A DNA stretch of 64,000 bases, from NCBI GenBank assembly GCA_963664115.2, contig CAXWPJ010000006.1:32001-96000 (forward strand). The letters run 5' to 3'. Each line of letters begins with the position of its first letter. Position 1 is the first letter of the stretch. The notes beneath the pieces are model-generated. The model was given only the letters and a program-made list of their open reading frames with translations. It did no database searches and was not told the origin of the DNA. Made by a program: the position numbers and the translations under genes. Below are positions 28,765 to 38,109 of this stretch, in pieces. The stretch comes from Terriglobia bacterium. Its GTDB lineage: Bacteria > Acidobacteriota > Terriglobia > 20CM-2-55-15.

Positions 28765-30558
28765 ATGAATCGTGAGCGATTTCGATTGGTGGAGGACAAC
28801 TTAATGACAAGATCACTGACTTCGGCATGCGTAGCCATCGTGATCGCAGCCACCATTACCCTGGCAGCGGCGATACCTGTCCAGGTGGGTCAAGCAATCG
28901 TGTTGTCTTCTGAGGTGGAAGCCACAACGCTGTTGATCCGGGGAGGCACACTGATTGATGGAACGGGCAACGCGGCGGTGCAAAATGCGAATGTCCTCAT
29001 TGATGGGAATCGGATCAGCAGAGTCTGGACCGGGGACCCCACGTCGGAGGATACGCCGACGGGCACAGAGGTCATCGACGCGCGCGGAAAGTTCATCATT
29101 CCCGGTTTGATTGATTCCCATGTCCACTACCGTGGATACATGGGCGAATTGTTTTTGGCCTACGGTGTGACTTCAGTCTACGACCTGGGGGATCCGCTTG
29201 CCTGGCTGACGGCGGTCAAGAAGGGCTTGAACGAAGGGAAGATTCGCGGACCGCGGTTCTATTTCTGTGGTCCGGCAAATTTCGTGGAAGGTGGTGCCGG
29301 CGAAACGAGCCCTGCGATCCGATCCCGGGGCGTTACCATCCTGCGGGGTCCCGAGGATGCCAGGCAGGCGGTTGCCGAGTTAAAAGAAAAATCGGACTGC
29401 GTGAAGCTGAGCGAGTTCATCACGGAGGACATTTTTACGCCGATCGCTCGCGAAGCCCGCACCGCCGGTATTTCTGTCATTTCCCACTCTTTGAATGCCT
29501 TCGAATCGGCCAGGTGGGGAATCAACGGAATGGAGCATATGACGGGCATAGCGCTTTCCACCATTCGAAGCCCGGAGGGCCTGAACGCAGTCGAGGGAAT
29601 GAACATCGAAGCGGGCCACAAGAACAGTTTGCTGTACCAGTGGATGGAGCCCGCCGTCTTTGACGAGCTGATCCAGTACCTGATTGAACGCAACGTATTC
29701 ATCAACCCGACCTTGCACTTCGAATGGAAAGCCCTGACCGAACATGCGCGCGAGCACGAGCTCGAAGACACGCGCCTCCTGAATCGACAGGACCTTCAGT
29801 ACGTACCCCTCAGCGAACGGCTGGTTTTTCTGGGACAGTACCACTGGGCGGACTCCCAGACCGCGATCGACAGGGATAAGTTTCTCAACGGCTACCGTAA
29901 AGTGCAGGAGTTCCTGAAGCGGTTTGTCCAGGCGGGCGGTAAGATCTATTCGGGGACCGACACAGCGGCCGCACTCACGCCGGGGCTTAGCCTGCACCAC
30001 GAAATGGAGCTGTTGGTGGACGCGGGTCTCACGCCGATGCAGGCCATCCAAAGCTCCACCGTTTGGGCAGCGGAAATTCTTGGGCTGGCCGACAGACTGG
30101 GAACCGTGGAGGAGAATAAACTCGCGGATCTGGTGATTCTGGGCAGCGATCCGCTCCAGAACATCCAAAATGCCAAGACCGTAGAGAGCGTAATCCGCGG
30201 TGGAGAAATCATGGACACCAGCTTCCACAGCGACTACCGGTTCCCGTTTCTGCGTTATGGGCCGGAATCCAAGCACCTGTATAACCCGGTACCCGCGCTA
30301 TCCGACGTCCAGCCGCCTGTGGCCGTGCAGGGGAGCGAAGTCACGCTGCGGATACTCGGTCAGAACTTTAATCCGAACTCGGTCGTACGCTGGGGTGAAT
30401 TGAGAGTACCCACTCAGTGGATAAGCTCGACCGAGCTTTCGGCAACGCTCCCCACCTCTCTTACTTCTGCGGTTGGAACGTTCCTGATCGCGGTGGAAAC
30501 GCCTTTGCCGGGCGGCGGAGTGACCGAAGCGCTGGAGTTCTATGTCACCTACCCTTGA
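28765..30558 (+). CDS. exported amidohydrolase with C-terminal IPT/TIG-like domain
   Basis: PGLIDSHVH, SH, EH, SGTD, ADLVIL; C-terminal G.NF...SVV...WISSTELSA; start may be 28804. Confidence 0.85.
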   Translation: MNRERFRLVEDNLMTRSLTSACVAIVIAATITLAAAIPVQVGQAIVLSSEVEATTLLIRGGTLIDGTGNAAVQNANVLIDGNRISRVWTGDPTSEDTPTGTEVIDARGKFIIPGLIDSHVHYRGYMGELFLAYGVTSVYDLGDPLAWLTAVKKGLNEGKIRGPRFYFCGPANFVEGGAGETSPAIRSRGVTILRGPEDARQAVAELKEKSDCVKLSEFITEDIFTPIAREARTAGISVISHSLNAFESARWGINGMEHMTGIALSTIRSPEGLNAVEGMNIEAGHKNSLLYQWMEPAVFDELIQYLIERNVFINPTLHFEWKALTEHAREHELEDTRLLNRQDLQYVPLSERLVFLGQYHWADSQTAIDRDKFLNGYRKVQEFLKRFVQAGGKIYSGTDTAAALTPGLSLHHEMELLVDAGLTPMQAIQSSTVWAAEILGLADRLGTVEENKLADLVILGSDPLQNIQNAKTVESVIRGGEIMDTSFHSDYRFPFLRYGPESKHLYNPVPALSDVQPPVAVQGSEVTLRILGQNFNPNSVVRWGELRVPTQWISSTELSATLPTSLTSAVGTFLIAVETPLPGGGVTEALEFYVTYP

Positions 30559-30676
30559 TGGTATTGGCCTCAGCCCGATGGGTGGATCATGTGAATCGTT
30601 ACGGGATAGTTTCCTGAAATCGGCACACGATCCGGAAGGGCGAGCGATCAGCGGAGCACCTCACAACTGAGGTCGG

Positions 30677-31927
30677 TTAGGGTGTCTTTATGCGGTACAA
30701 GTGGCTGTGGCTGCGAATGAAAAGTGAACCGCCTGCAATCGCCGTCGAGGCAAGCGTCCAACCATCGATCGTATTCGTTGCGAGCGAGCGAAACTCTTTC
30801 CCGGGTGCAATGACGGTCGTCACGCCCTCTTCGCTCAGGAAGTAAATTCGCCCGTCGGCATAGACCGGAGAAGCGGAATAATTACCCAAGACACGCTCTT
30901 GCCAGTATTGTTCTCCGGTGGTGGCATCGAGACAACTGATCACGCCGATATCACTGACGATGTAGAGTTCCTCGCCCACGAGGAGCGGCGAAGGTGTAAA
31001 CGGTACGGACCGCCGCCGCGTCCACTCGACGTGGGTTTCGCTGACGTCGCCGGTGCCGTCCACCCGCACCGCCATCAATGAGGGCTGCTGGAACCCGGTA
31101 ACGATATAGACGAGCCCATGGCCATAGACCGGACGTGGGACATTCGAAAACCCGTCGAGGGGATAAGCGATACGCCAGATCTCCTCTCCCGACTCCGGAT
31201 CGTAGGCCGCGGCCTGAAATGCACCGACGCTGACAATTTGATCCCGGTCTCCGACACGGATCACGAGAGGGGTCGAGTACGCCTGGCTGAATGGCTCCCG
31301 ACGCATCTTTTTCCAGCGGACCTCACCGGTATTCTTATCCACTGCCACGACAAAAGACTCGTCGTAGCCGTCACAGTTAATAATGAGCAGGTCCCCGTAC
31401 AGAATCGGGGATCCACCGTTACCATGCTGCGATATGTAGGGAAAGCGCGTCGTCCAGACAATGTCGCCAGACGTTGTGAGGGCGGCTGTGCCCTCGGCGC
31501 CGAAATGGACATAGACTCGATCGCCTTCCACGACGGGCGTAGGAGAAGCGTGGCTGTTCTTTAAATTCAGCAGAGTCGAATCCGTCATCCGGAATACTTC
31601 GGAGTTGACGACTTCCTTTCCGGTTTCGACGTCGAAGGCGATCGCTCGAAGCGATGCCGCTTCCTGATCGACGATCGCCGTTGTCACCCAGACACGTCCA
31701 TCGGCGACAACCGGGGAAGACCAACCTTGTCCTGGGACAGTGATCTTCCACCCCACGTTCTGCGTCTCGCTCCATTCCAACGGCAACGCGTTCTCTGAGG
31801 AGTGTCCCTGCCCCGCAGGACCGCGGAACTGGGGCCAATCCTGGCCGTGAGCTACAAGGGCGTTCAGGATCAGCAACGTTAGGAGGATGATTCGGCCCGA
31901 CATAGTTGACATCATTCTAATCGACAT
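30677..31927 (-). CDS. PQQ-binding-like beta-propeller protein
   Basis: DWPQFRGP, GWSSPVV, ASPTPVV, YSTP, YSASPV repeats. Confidence 0.88.
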   Translation of the reverse strand: MSIRMMSTMSGRIILLTLLILNALVAHGQDWPQFRGPAGQGHSSENALPLEWSETQNVGWKITVPGQGWSSPVVADGRVWVTTAIVDQEAASLRAIAFDVETGKEVVNSEVFRMTDSTLLNLKNSHASPTPVVEGDRVYVHFGAEGTAALTTSGDIVWTTRFPYISQHGNGGSPILYGDLLIINCDGYDESFVVAVDKNTGEVRWKKMRREPFSQAYSTPLVIRVGDRDQIVSVGAFQAAAYDPESGEEIWRIAYPLDGFSNVPRPVYGHGLVYIVTGFQQPSLMAVRVDGTGDVSETHVEWTRRRSVPFTPSPLLVGEELYIVSDIGVISCLDATTGEQYWQERVLGNYSASPVYADGRIYFLSEEGVTTVIAPGKEFRSLATNTIDGWTLASTAIAGGSLFIRSHSHLYRIKTP

Positions 31928-32090
31928 TTCCGTAATATCGATCTCTCCTTACCACGACGCTCTCAATTGAAGCTCGATTCCTGATCAACCATATTGTTGA
32001 AAGGTGTGAAGAATGTTTGATCGTTCTTGACGATTTGCATATACTCCGCAGCGCTGTTGAACCAATTGGGGATGAGTTCAGGAGGCAAAC

Positions 32091-32792
32091 ATGAGCAAGA
32101 CCATGGGCATCACGGCGATCGCAATGTTGTTGTTCTTACTGACCGCAGGTCCGGCATACGCGGCGCAGCGGGGCGCGGGTCAACCTCCCTCTGCCCCACA
32201 AAGGCTGTTCAGCATGACGATGCAGAACGAGATGCGGTCGTCTCTGACTCAGAGTGCGGTGACGACTCCAAATGTCGATCTCCAACTTTACGGAGACGGA
32301 GGGGACATCATCGTCGCCACTGGCACGAACGCATACCTTCCTCGCCTGTTCTTTGGATTGTGCCGGGAACCTTGTGGCTTTACCTTGCGCGACAGGGACA
32401 ACAATTTCGACCTTAGAGGGAGAGCGCGGATAAGGCTCACGACCATTGTTTCCGGTTTCCACCGCGTGCGGCCCATCATTAAATTGGCGGACGGTACATT
32501 ACTGATCGCAGATCAGGCTGAGGGCTCCACTGCGGATTGGCATCAGGTCGATATCTCGTTCAGAGATTGCCGGTGGCTCAGGCTGGATCCGCTTCGAGGC
32601 GTTACCTTGGGGGGAACCTGGGTTGAACCAGACCTGAGCCAGGTTGAAGAAGTGGGTTACTTCGATGTGATTCCCGGTAGCGGTGCCTGGGCTGATCGAA
32701 GCCTCCCCGTTGAACAACAACCCGCCCCTCCGGCCGGAGGGTGGATTGCAGTATCCGACTTTGAACTGTGGGGCACACCAGTCCCGCGATAA
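32091..32792 (+). CDS. exported hypothetical protein (distant paralogue of 198..938)
   Basis: Shared FDLRG.A.IR, KLADGTLL.AD and DLS.V.EVG..D...G.G motifs; AGGAGG RBS. Confidence 0.78.
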   Translation: MSKTMGITAIAMLLFLLTAGPAYAAQRGAGQPPSAPQRLFSMTMQNEMRSSLTQSAVTTPNVDLQLYGDGGDIIVATGTNAYLPRLFFGLCREPCGFTLRDRDNNFDLRGRARIRLTTIVSGFHRVRPIIKLADGTLLIADQAEGSTADWHQVDISFRDCRWLRLDPLRGVTLGGTWVEPDLSQVEEVGYFDVIPGSGAWADRSLPVEQQPAPPAGGWIAVSDFELWGTPVPR

Positions 32793-32871
32793 CAGAGATG
32801 ACAGATGACATTCGGAGCGCGGTAGCTAATAGGCTCCGATTGCATCCGTTCTCGCGTTGGGAATCTTAAAT

Positions 32872-33744
32872 TCAGTCGCCGCCGAATCCTCCGAACTGAT
32901 TTATTGGTGCGCAGAGCAAATCGTTGAGTCCTGAAAACAAACCGTGCCATCCGAAGTTGTTCACCGGACGCGCGTCCCGCGCTTCTTTTTTCCAGACCTT
33001 TATGTCGGATATCCAGGGTGCGGTGTAGTATTTCGGGTCGTACATGATCATCTCAAGCTCGAGAGTCTTTTCGTCAGTTCGCGTATACCGCTCGATGAAC
33101 CGAACCTCATCGCTCTTCGGAAAACCATAGGCATCGAGCCAGGCTCTGGTGTCGAGGGCGATCGTCTCGACGACAAGAGTGTTTCCTTCCCATTTGCCCA
33201 CAGACATGCCCATCCATGACGGTCCGATATTCGCCAGGTTATCTCCCGAAGGCAGTTCCCGCCCGTCCATCCAGATTTCGCGTAGCATGCGTTCCTCTTG
33301 CCAGACCTGCAGAATCCGATCCGGGAGCACGAGCACTTCGTGATGGTCATGGTTGATATCGACGACGATCGCCGGAAAACCTTTCGGGTTACACGTCGCT
33401 GCGGGATAGTTTGTTTCCTCGTAGCTGGCGACAGCTTCTGTAACTTCCGGCAGGTAACTGCGAGTGGGGCGATGCGTCTGCATCAGCGCCAGGCCTTCCG
33501 GCGTCAGGGGCGGGTTCGTGCGGGGCGGGCCATGACTCCAGTCGCCACCCACCCGGAACCAGATGCCCGAGAAATCCCGCGCATCATAAGAATCGTTGTA
33601 GGTCACGTCGACATAATATTCCCGGGGCAGGTTCCCTATAGCGTTGAGGATGGGGCGTTGAGCCGCAGCGACGTGTGTGGCGGCTATGGGGCCGAAACAC
33701 AGCCCGGCCAAAGCCACCACTACAGTCACGTAGCGAATTTGCAT
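32872..33744 (-). CDS. exported hypothetical protein (related to the C-terminal domain of 11860..12903)
   Basis: Signal peptide; DFSGIW, CNPKGFP, G.SVGKWEGNTLVVET, IERY; AGGAG RBS. Confidence 0.78.
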   Translation of the reverse strand: MQIRYVTVVVALAGLCFGPIAATHVAAAQRPILNAIGNLPREYYVDVTYNDSYDARDFSGIWFRVGGDWSHGPPRTNPPLTPEGLALMQTHRPTRSYLPEVTEAVASYEETNYPAATCNPKGFPAIVVDINHDHHEVLVLPDRILQVWQEERMLREIWMDGRELPSGDNLANIGPSWMGMSVGKWEGNTLVVETIALDTRAWLDAYGFPKSDEVRFIERYTRTDEKTLELEMIMYDPKYYTAPWISDIKVWKKEARDARPVNNFGWHGLFSGLNDLLCAPINQFGGFGGD

Positions 33745-33803
33745 CCAGGACTCCTAACGTGAATTCTAATTTGGCCTGATTACCGTTGTCGGGTCTCTAC
33801 CGA

Positions 33804-34541
33804 CTAGTTCCGAGAGGTATCGCGGCTTACGGGATTCCCGTAGACCGCAATCCAGTCGAGGCCGGCATTCCCGTTCGTCCCGTGACCTGCCCCTCGCATC
33901 AAGTCGGTGAAGCCGATTTCGTCGACGCGGCTTAAATCCACATTCGTCTTCCAGTCGGAATCCCTGGATACGGCCATCCGCGTTTCGTCCAGCGCGCGCC
34001 AGCGAGGAATGTCGGCAAGGTAGAATTCGGTTTCACGCCAATATGACGACTCGGGTTCCACGTAGTCTGCCGCCAACAGGGTCCCGTCGGCGAGCTTTAC
34101 GAGGAGACGAATCTGATGCAAGCTCCGGGTCCGGGTGCGCCATCGAATCTTGGCGGGTCCCCGCAAGTCGAGATAGTTGTTTCTTTCTTTCAGCATGACG
34201 CCCCAACGGTCTTCGGTGACGCCCGACCAGATATAGCTGATTGTATTGCCGGGTTGCGCTTCGTCCGCCCCCTGGTTCAGGAGGAGTCCGGACTCATGAT
34301 CGGGGACCGCTTTCGCGCCGGGTCCGTAGAGTTTCACCTCAAGGTTGGCATTCGTCCCGTGCTGCTCCGTAAGCGGGATCTGGGTTGGTGCGTTCGGCTG
34401 TTGCCCCTGGAAGGTCTCCTGGAAAATCAGCCTGACCGATTCTGGTGACTCTGCCCCACCATCTTGTGCCGGCTGCGCGAAAGCGATACCGGCAACGCTA
34501 ATAAAAAACACAAAAATCAGGCCATAGGTTATTCTGCGCAT
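33804..34541 (-). CDS. exported hypothetical protein (close paralogue of 198..938)
   Basis: Collinear, highly similar protein; likely start MRRIT after GGAGGAAG. Confidence 0.8.
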   Translation of the reverse strand: MRRITYGLIFVFFISVAGIAFAQPAQDGGAESPESVRLIFQETFQGQQPNAPTQIPLTEQHGTNANLEVKLYGPGAKAVPDHESGLLLNQGADEAQPGNTISYIWSGVTEDRWGVMLKERNNYLDLRGPAKIRWRTRTRSLHQIRLLVKLADGTLLAADYVEPESSYWRETEFYLADIPRWRALDETRMAVSRDSDWKTNVDLSRVDEIGFTDLMRGAGHGTNGNAGLDWIAVYGNPVSRDTSRN

Positions 34542-34864
34542 CAAATCTTCCTCCGTCATTTGCACAATGACGTTCTGTTGCGGTCGTTTCCTTGTTGAGT
34601 GTTCCGAGTATCGGCAGAATATACTCTTGGGACCCGGTTGTCCACAGAGTCGGCGCCATCCGGTGCAGGTGATTCGGAGCGCTTCCGGTGGTACATGTCG
34701 GACTGCTGAGGATGGTCCGAAATTGTATCCCTGGCCACACCACGGCCGGGTGGATCGCGCTCTACGCCGTCGCTTTCAATTCCACCAACGCCGGAATAAG
34801 CTCGGCCAGCAATGCGTAGCCGTTCTTGCGAGCCGCGTCAGAGCAATTCGATCAGAACCGGCTG

Positions 34865-34978
34865 TGTAGCCCACCAGAGCATTTCGGACAGCATCCACTG
34901 AAAAACTAAGAGACACTTTCCTGCATCGGAGGATCGAATGAAGGAAAAGGTGTCTGCAGAAGATCTAGTGAGGGAGAC
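34865..34978 (+). mobile_element. left-end remnant of an element related to 56926..58415
   Basis: TGTAGCCCACCAGAGCATTTCG...AAAAACTAAGAGACACTTT...GGAGGATCGAATG followed by MKEKVSAEDLVRE. Confidence 0.75.
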
Positions 34979-35001
34979 AGCACCTGGCTACTGACGGGGC
35001 T

Positions 35002-36210
35002 TCACTCGGTAAGAAACAAATCCTTGCGGATGTGGCCCACGACGACTTGCGTGAGGTCGACGACTTCAGCAACGCGAAAATCGACAGCGATGCTTGCGAG
35101 GGAGAGCGCCTTGGCCGGGGTGAGCCCCTTCTCCTTGACGAGGAAGTCGACGACTTCCCACGTCGCGTGTCGCGTCGCCCGATCGAGATCGAGGTCGATC
35201 CCCATCATCATGTAGTGCGTGTCCGTTTCCGCGCGCGGGCCCGAAATCGTCGTCCCCTTGTGCACGACGAATCGGAATACACCGGTCAGCGACTGCTCCA
35301 CCGCGGTGCCACTCACCTCGCCATCGCCCTGAACACCATGCGGGTCTCCCGTGTAGAACAGCGCGCCAGGTTGGAAGACCGGGAGATAGAGTGTTGTTCC
35401 TGCCTTCAGATCCTTGACGTCCAGATTGCCGCCGAACGGGCCCGGAGGCCTCGAGCTCTGCACTCCCGGCACCGTCACTCCGGGCTGACCCACAACCGGG
35501 TCCGCCGGCGCGACCGCCATGATGCCCATGAATGGGGCGAGCGGTACGTGAATTTCCGGCGAGAAAAGAGCGACTGCGACACCGTTCACGTCGCCGGTCC
35601 GAATCAGATGCCGGGTGCCGGCCGGGATGTCCAGTAGCGCGTCGTCCGGGCGAACCCCCGGATACCCGTCCGAAAAGACACCACCCGTCGAACTCGTGTT
35701 GTTGATCCCCCAGGGCACACGGGTCTCGATGTCGAGGATCTGCACCTCGAGCATGTCGCCCGGCTCGGCGCCATCAATGTAGATCGGACCCGTGATGACG
35801 TGTCCGCTCCGCCCTTCTCTCGGACGACCCTCCCTAGACGCCCAGAAGTCCAGTACGTCCTGGTGTATCTCTTCCTGCCCGACGCCCATTGCCGAAAGGT
35901 AGGCCACGGGCTCCTCATTCTGCGTGGACCCCGCGTGCGTCAGTGTGTCGATGCGAACGGTCTGCCCGGATTGGATGGTCAACACGGGCGCTTTGTCGAG
36001 AGGGTACCATCCCCAGGAGACCGTTTCCGGCCGTGACCCCACGAAGTGATCGGCCTGGATCGCGCCGGAGTCGGTCTGGCTCGGGGTGGGTGGGGTTGGG
36101 GCGCACCCCGCCAACACCAGTGCGCACCATGTGAGCGCACAGAGGAACTCCCGCAGTGCGAATCGGCTGCGCTTTGAAGGTGCAGTCAGAGCCACTGCTT
36201 TCGGGTCCAT
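35002..36210 (-). CDS. acetamidase/formamidase-family lipoprotein
   Basis: LAGC lipobox; HVITGPIYI.GAEPGD, FGGNLD, GDPHGVQGDGEVSGTAVE; AGGAGG before ATG 36210. Confidence 0.88.
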   Translation of the reverse strand: MDPKAVALTAPSKRSRFALREFLCALTWCALVLAGCAPTPPTPSQTDSGAIQADHFVGSRPETVSWGWYPLDKAPVLTIQSGQTVRIDTLTHAGSTQNEEPVAYLSAMGVGQEEIHQDVLDFWASREGRPREGRSGHVITGPIYIDGAEPGDMLEVQILDIETRVPWGINNTSSTGGVFSDGYPGVRPDDALLDIPAGTRHLIRTGDVNGVAVALFSPEIHVPLAPFMGIMAVAPADPVVGQPGVTVPGVQSSRPPGPFGGNLDVKDLKAGTTLYLPVFQPGALFYTGDPHGVQGDGEVSGTAVEQSLTGVFRFVVHKGTTISGPRAETDTHYMMMGIDLDLDRATRHATWEVVDFLVKEKGLTPAKALSLASIAVDFRVAEVVDLTQVVVGHIRKDLFLTE

Positions 36211-36397
36211 ACGTCCTCCTGACTTTGTTTCGACCAGCATCATCATAGTTCGGGACACCGTATCGCTGACGGGTCCGTCTCGTTGATAGGGACGACAGCC
36301 CACCAAGTTAAATAACGCCTGATTTCTACTCGATTCAGCCTACCCTACCCCGAATCTCTGAGGCATGCACATCTTAATTATTCGGGATGAGTGCAGC

Positions 36398-36586
36398 TCA
36401 CGGACGGTCGTCACCAATCCGAATCCGCCACAAATCCGTTGCTCCCTTGAGCTTCCGAACTCCTCGCGGTCGGGTGTTGGCTCCCAACCTTTCGATTGTT
36501 CTAAGGATTCTGTTGCGGTTGGATTCAGGCAGCTGTTCGAGTTCTTCTCTCGCTGAGCGAGCATAAACGATCGACCAGTCAGCCAC
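36398..36586 (-). pseudogene. RelE/ParE-family toxin, 3'-truncated
   Basis: PRGVRKLKG...LWRIRIGD then an early stop where YRVVY... is expected; overlaps the upstream antitoxin. Confidence 0.7.
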
Positions 36587-36776
36587 GTGATCGCCGACGA
36601 GTTCGTTTGGAGAGGCGCTTTTTGACGGATTCTAAGGATTCATGAGGTTCGCTTTGTCGGGACTCGGCAACTGCACGATCATAGAAGTCTTCCCACAGCT
36701 CTGCATGTTTCTTCAGATCGATTACGGCAGCTTTCTTTTCCCCGCCTTCGTCAACTATGAACTCTACTCCCTTCAT
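36579..36776 (-). CDS. putative antitoxin
   Basis: MKGVEFIVDEGGEKKAAVID..LWEDFYD; GGAGGT RBS; overlaps the toxin start. Confidence 0.7.
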   Translation of the reverse strand: MKGVEFIVDEGGEKKAAVIDLKKHAELWEDFYDRAVAESRQSEPHESLESVKKRLSKRTRRRSRG

Positions 36777-36937
36777 CGTATGCACCTCCCGGAGCATTAT
36801 AACGCCAGCTCGTCGGCCTTCGGCCCGAATCCCTTCGAAACCGGGCCTTCATCTGACTTCCCCTTGCGTATTAAAGCTCCCACCGATCGATTTGCAGCCA
36901 CTGCCCCCCGCCTTCCGCCCTCCACCCATCGCTTCTG

Positions 36938-37190
36938 ACCTTCAAACATCGCTTTTGAGCTTCAGTTTTTGTTTTCCACCTTCAAAAGTTCGCAAATGGC
37001 TTTCAAAGTTCGCAAAGCACCCTTCAGAGTTCGCAAATGGCTTTCTAAGTTCACAAGTCACCTTTCAAAGTTCGCGATTGACCTTCAGAAGTTCTGAAGT
37101 GACCTTCGATTTTCACAATCGACCTTTAGGTTTCCGCTTTCGGGTTTCAATTTGCGCTTTCCACCTTTAAAAGTTCGGCTTCCGCTTTCG
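36938..37190. repeat. degenerate ~20-21 bp tandem repeat tract
   Basis: Roughly 10-12 units resembling (C/T)TTCAAAGTTCGCAAnnnnCC. Confidence 0.6.
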
Positions 37191-37389
37191 AATCAGTTGA
37201 ACGACGGCTGCAGCCCGGTCTTTGGTTGATAAACAGCAATGTTTGTATGGTTTAGCGCGACATTAGAAGCATGCTGGCAATGCGCTGGTATCTATATTGG
37301 CTTCCCGTGGTCTGTGCGAACGTTAGGCGAGTCTCGAAGTAGTACAAATATGCTACTCTGTGCGTACGGACGGCAATTTAAGGAGCAAC

Positions 37390-37617
37390 ATGGTTCGAGA
37401 AGTAAAGTTACGACAGGCAGGCGGTTCAGTGAGTGCGACGTTGCCGAAAGATATGGCGGATCGCCTGCATCTTGAGCCGGGCGACCGTGTGCTTGCCCTG
37501 GAGACTGAAGAAGGCATCCTGCTCACTCCCTATGACCCGGAAACAGAACGGGCGCTACGTGCGGCCGCCAAAGCCGCGAAGAAGTATCGCAACGCTCTGC
37601 GTCAATTGGCGAAGTGA
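37390..37617 (+). CDS. AbrB/MazE/SpoVT-family antitoxin
   Basis: KLRQAGGSVSATLPK...GILLTPYDP; AAGGAG RBS. Confidence 0.85.
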   Translation: MVREVKLRQAGGSVSATLPKDMADRLHLEPGDRVLALETEEGILLTPYDPETERALRAAAKAAKKYRNALRQLAK

Positions 37618-37620
37618 CCT

Positions 37621-38019
37621 GTGGTAAAGCGCCAGAGGGAGCCCCACTGGCTGAATCGAACAATCGTCGATTCGGTACACACGGACCAGCTTCGGGAACA
37701 TGGCGGCCTTGCCGGAATCCGCGACCGGAACGCGCTCGAGTCCGCGCTGGCTCGGGGGCGGAACAAGTGGAACTACGGCGAGGAAAATGACCTTGCCGTC
37801 CTGGCCGCCGCCTACGGCTTCGCTTTCGTGAGGAGTCACCCTTACAGTGACGGCAACAAACGGGTCGCGTTTCTTGCCATCGCAGCTTTTCTCGATATCA
37901 ACGGCCACGATCTCCAGGCGACGGATGCCGATGTTGTTACCCAGATGATGGGTCTTGCCGCCGGGCAGATTTCAGAGGACGAATTCGCGGATTGGATCTG
38001 GGAACACATGACTGCTTGA
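37621..38019 (+). CDS. doc: death-on-curing (Fic/Doc) toxin
   Basis: HGGLAGIRD..LESAL and HPYSDGNKR Doc motif. Confidence 0.88.
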   Translation: MVKRQREPHWLNRTIVDSVHTDQLREHGGLAGIRDRNALESALARGRNKWNYGEENDLAVLAAAYGFAFVRSHPYSDGNKRVAFLAIAAFLDINGHDLQATDADVVTQMMGLAAGQISEDEFADWIWEHMTA

Positions 38020-38109
38020 CTGCCGGTGGATGCCGCTTGGCTTCCTTTTTCCCTAATAAAGCGCCCATCGATAGCGCTGCAAGCGATGGACTTCGATTGG
38101 AGTTGACCA

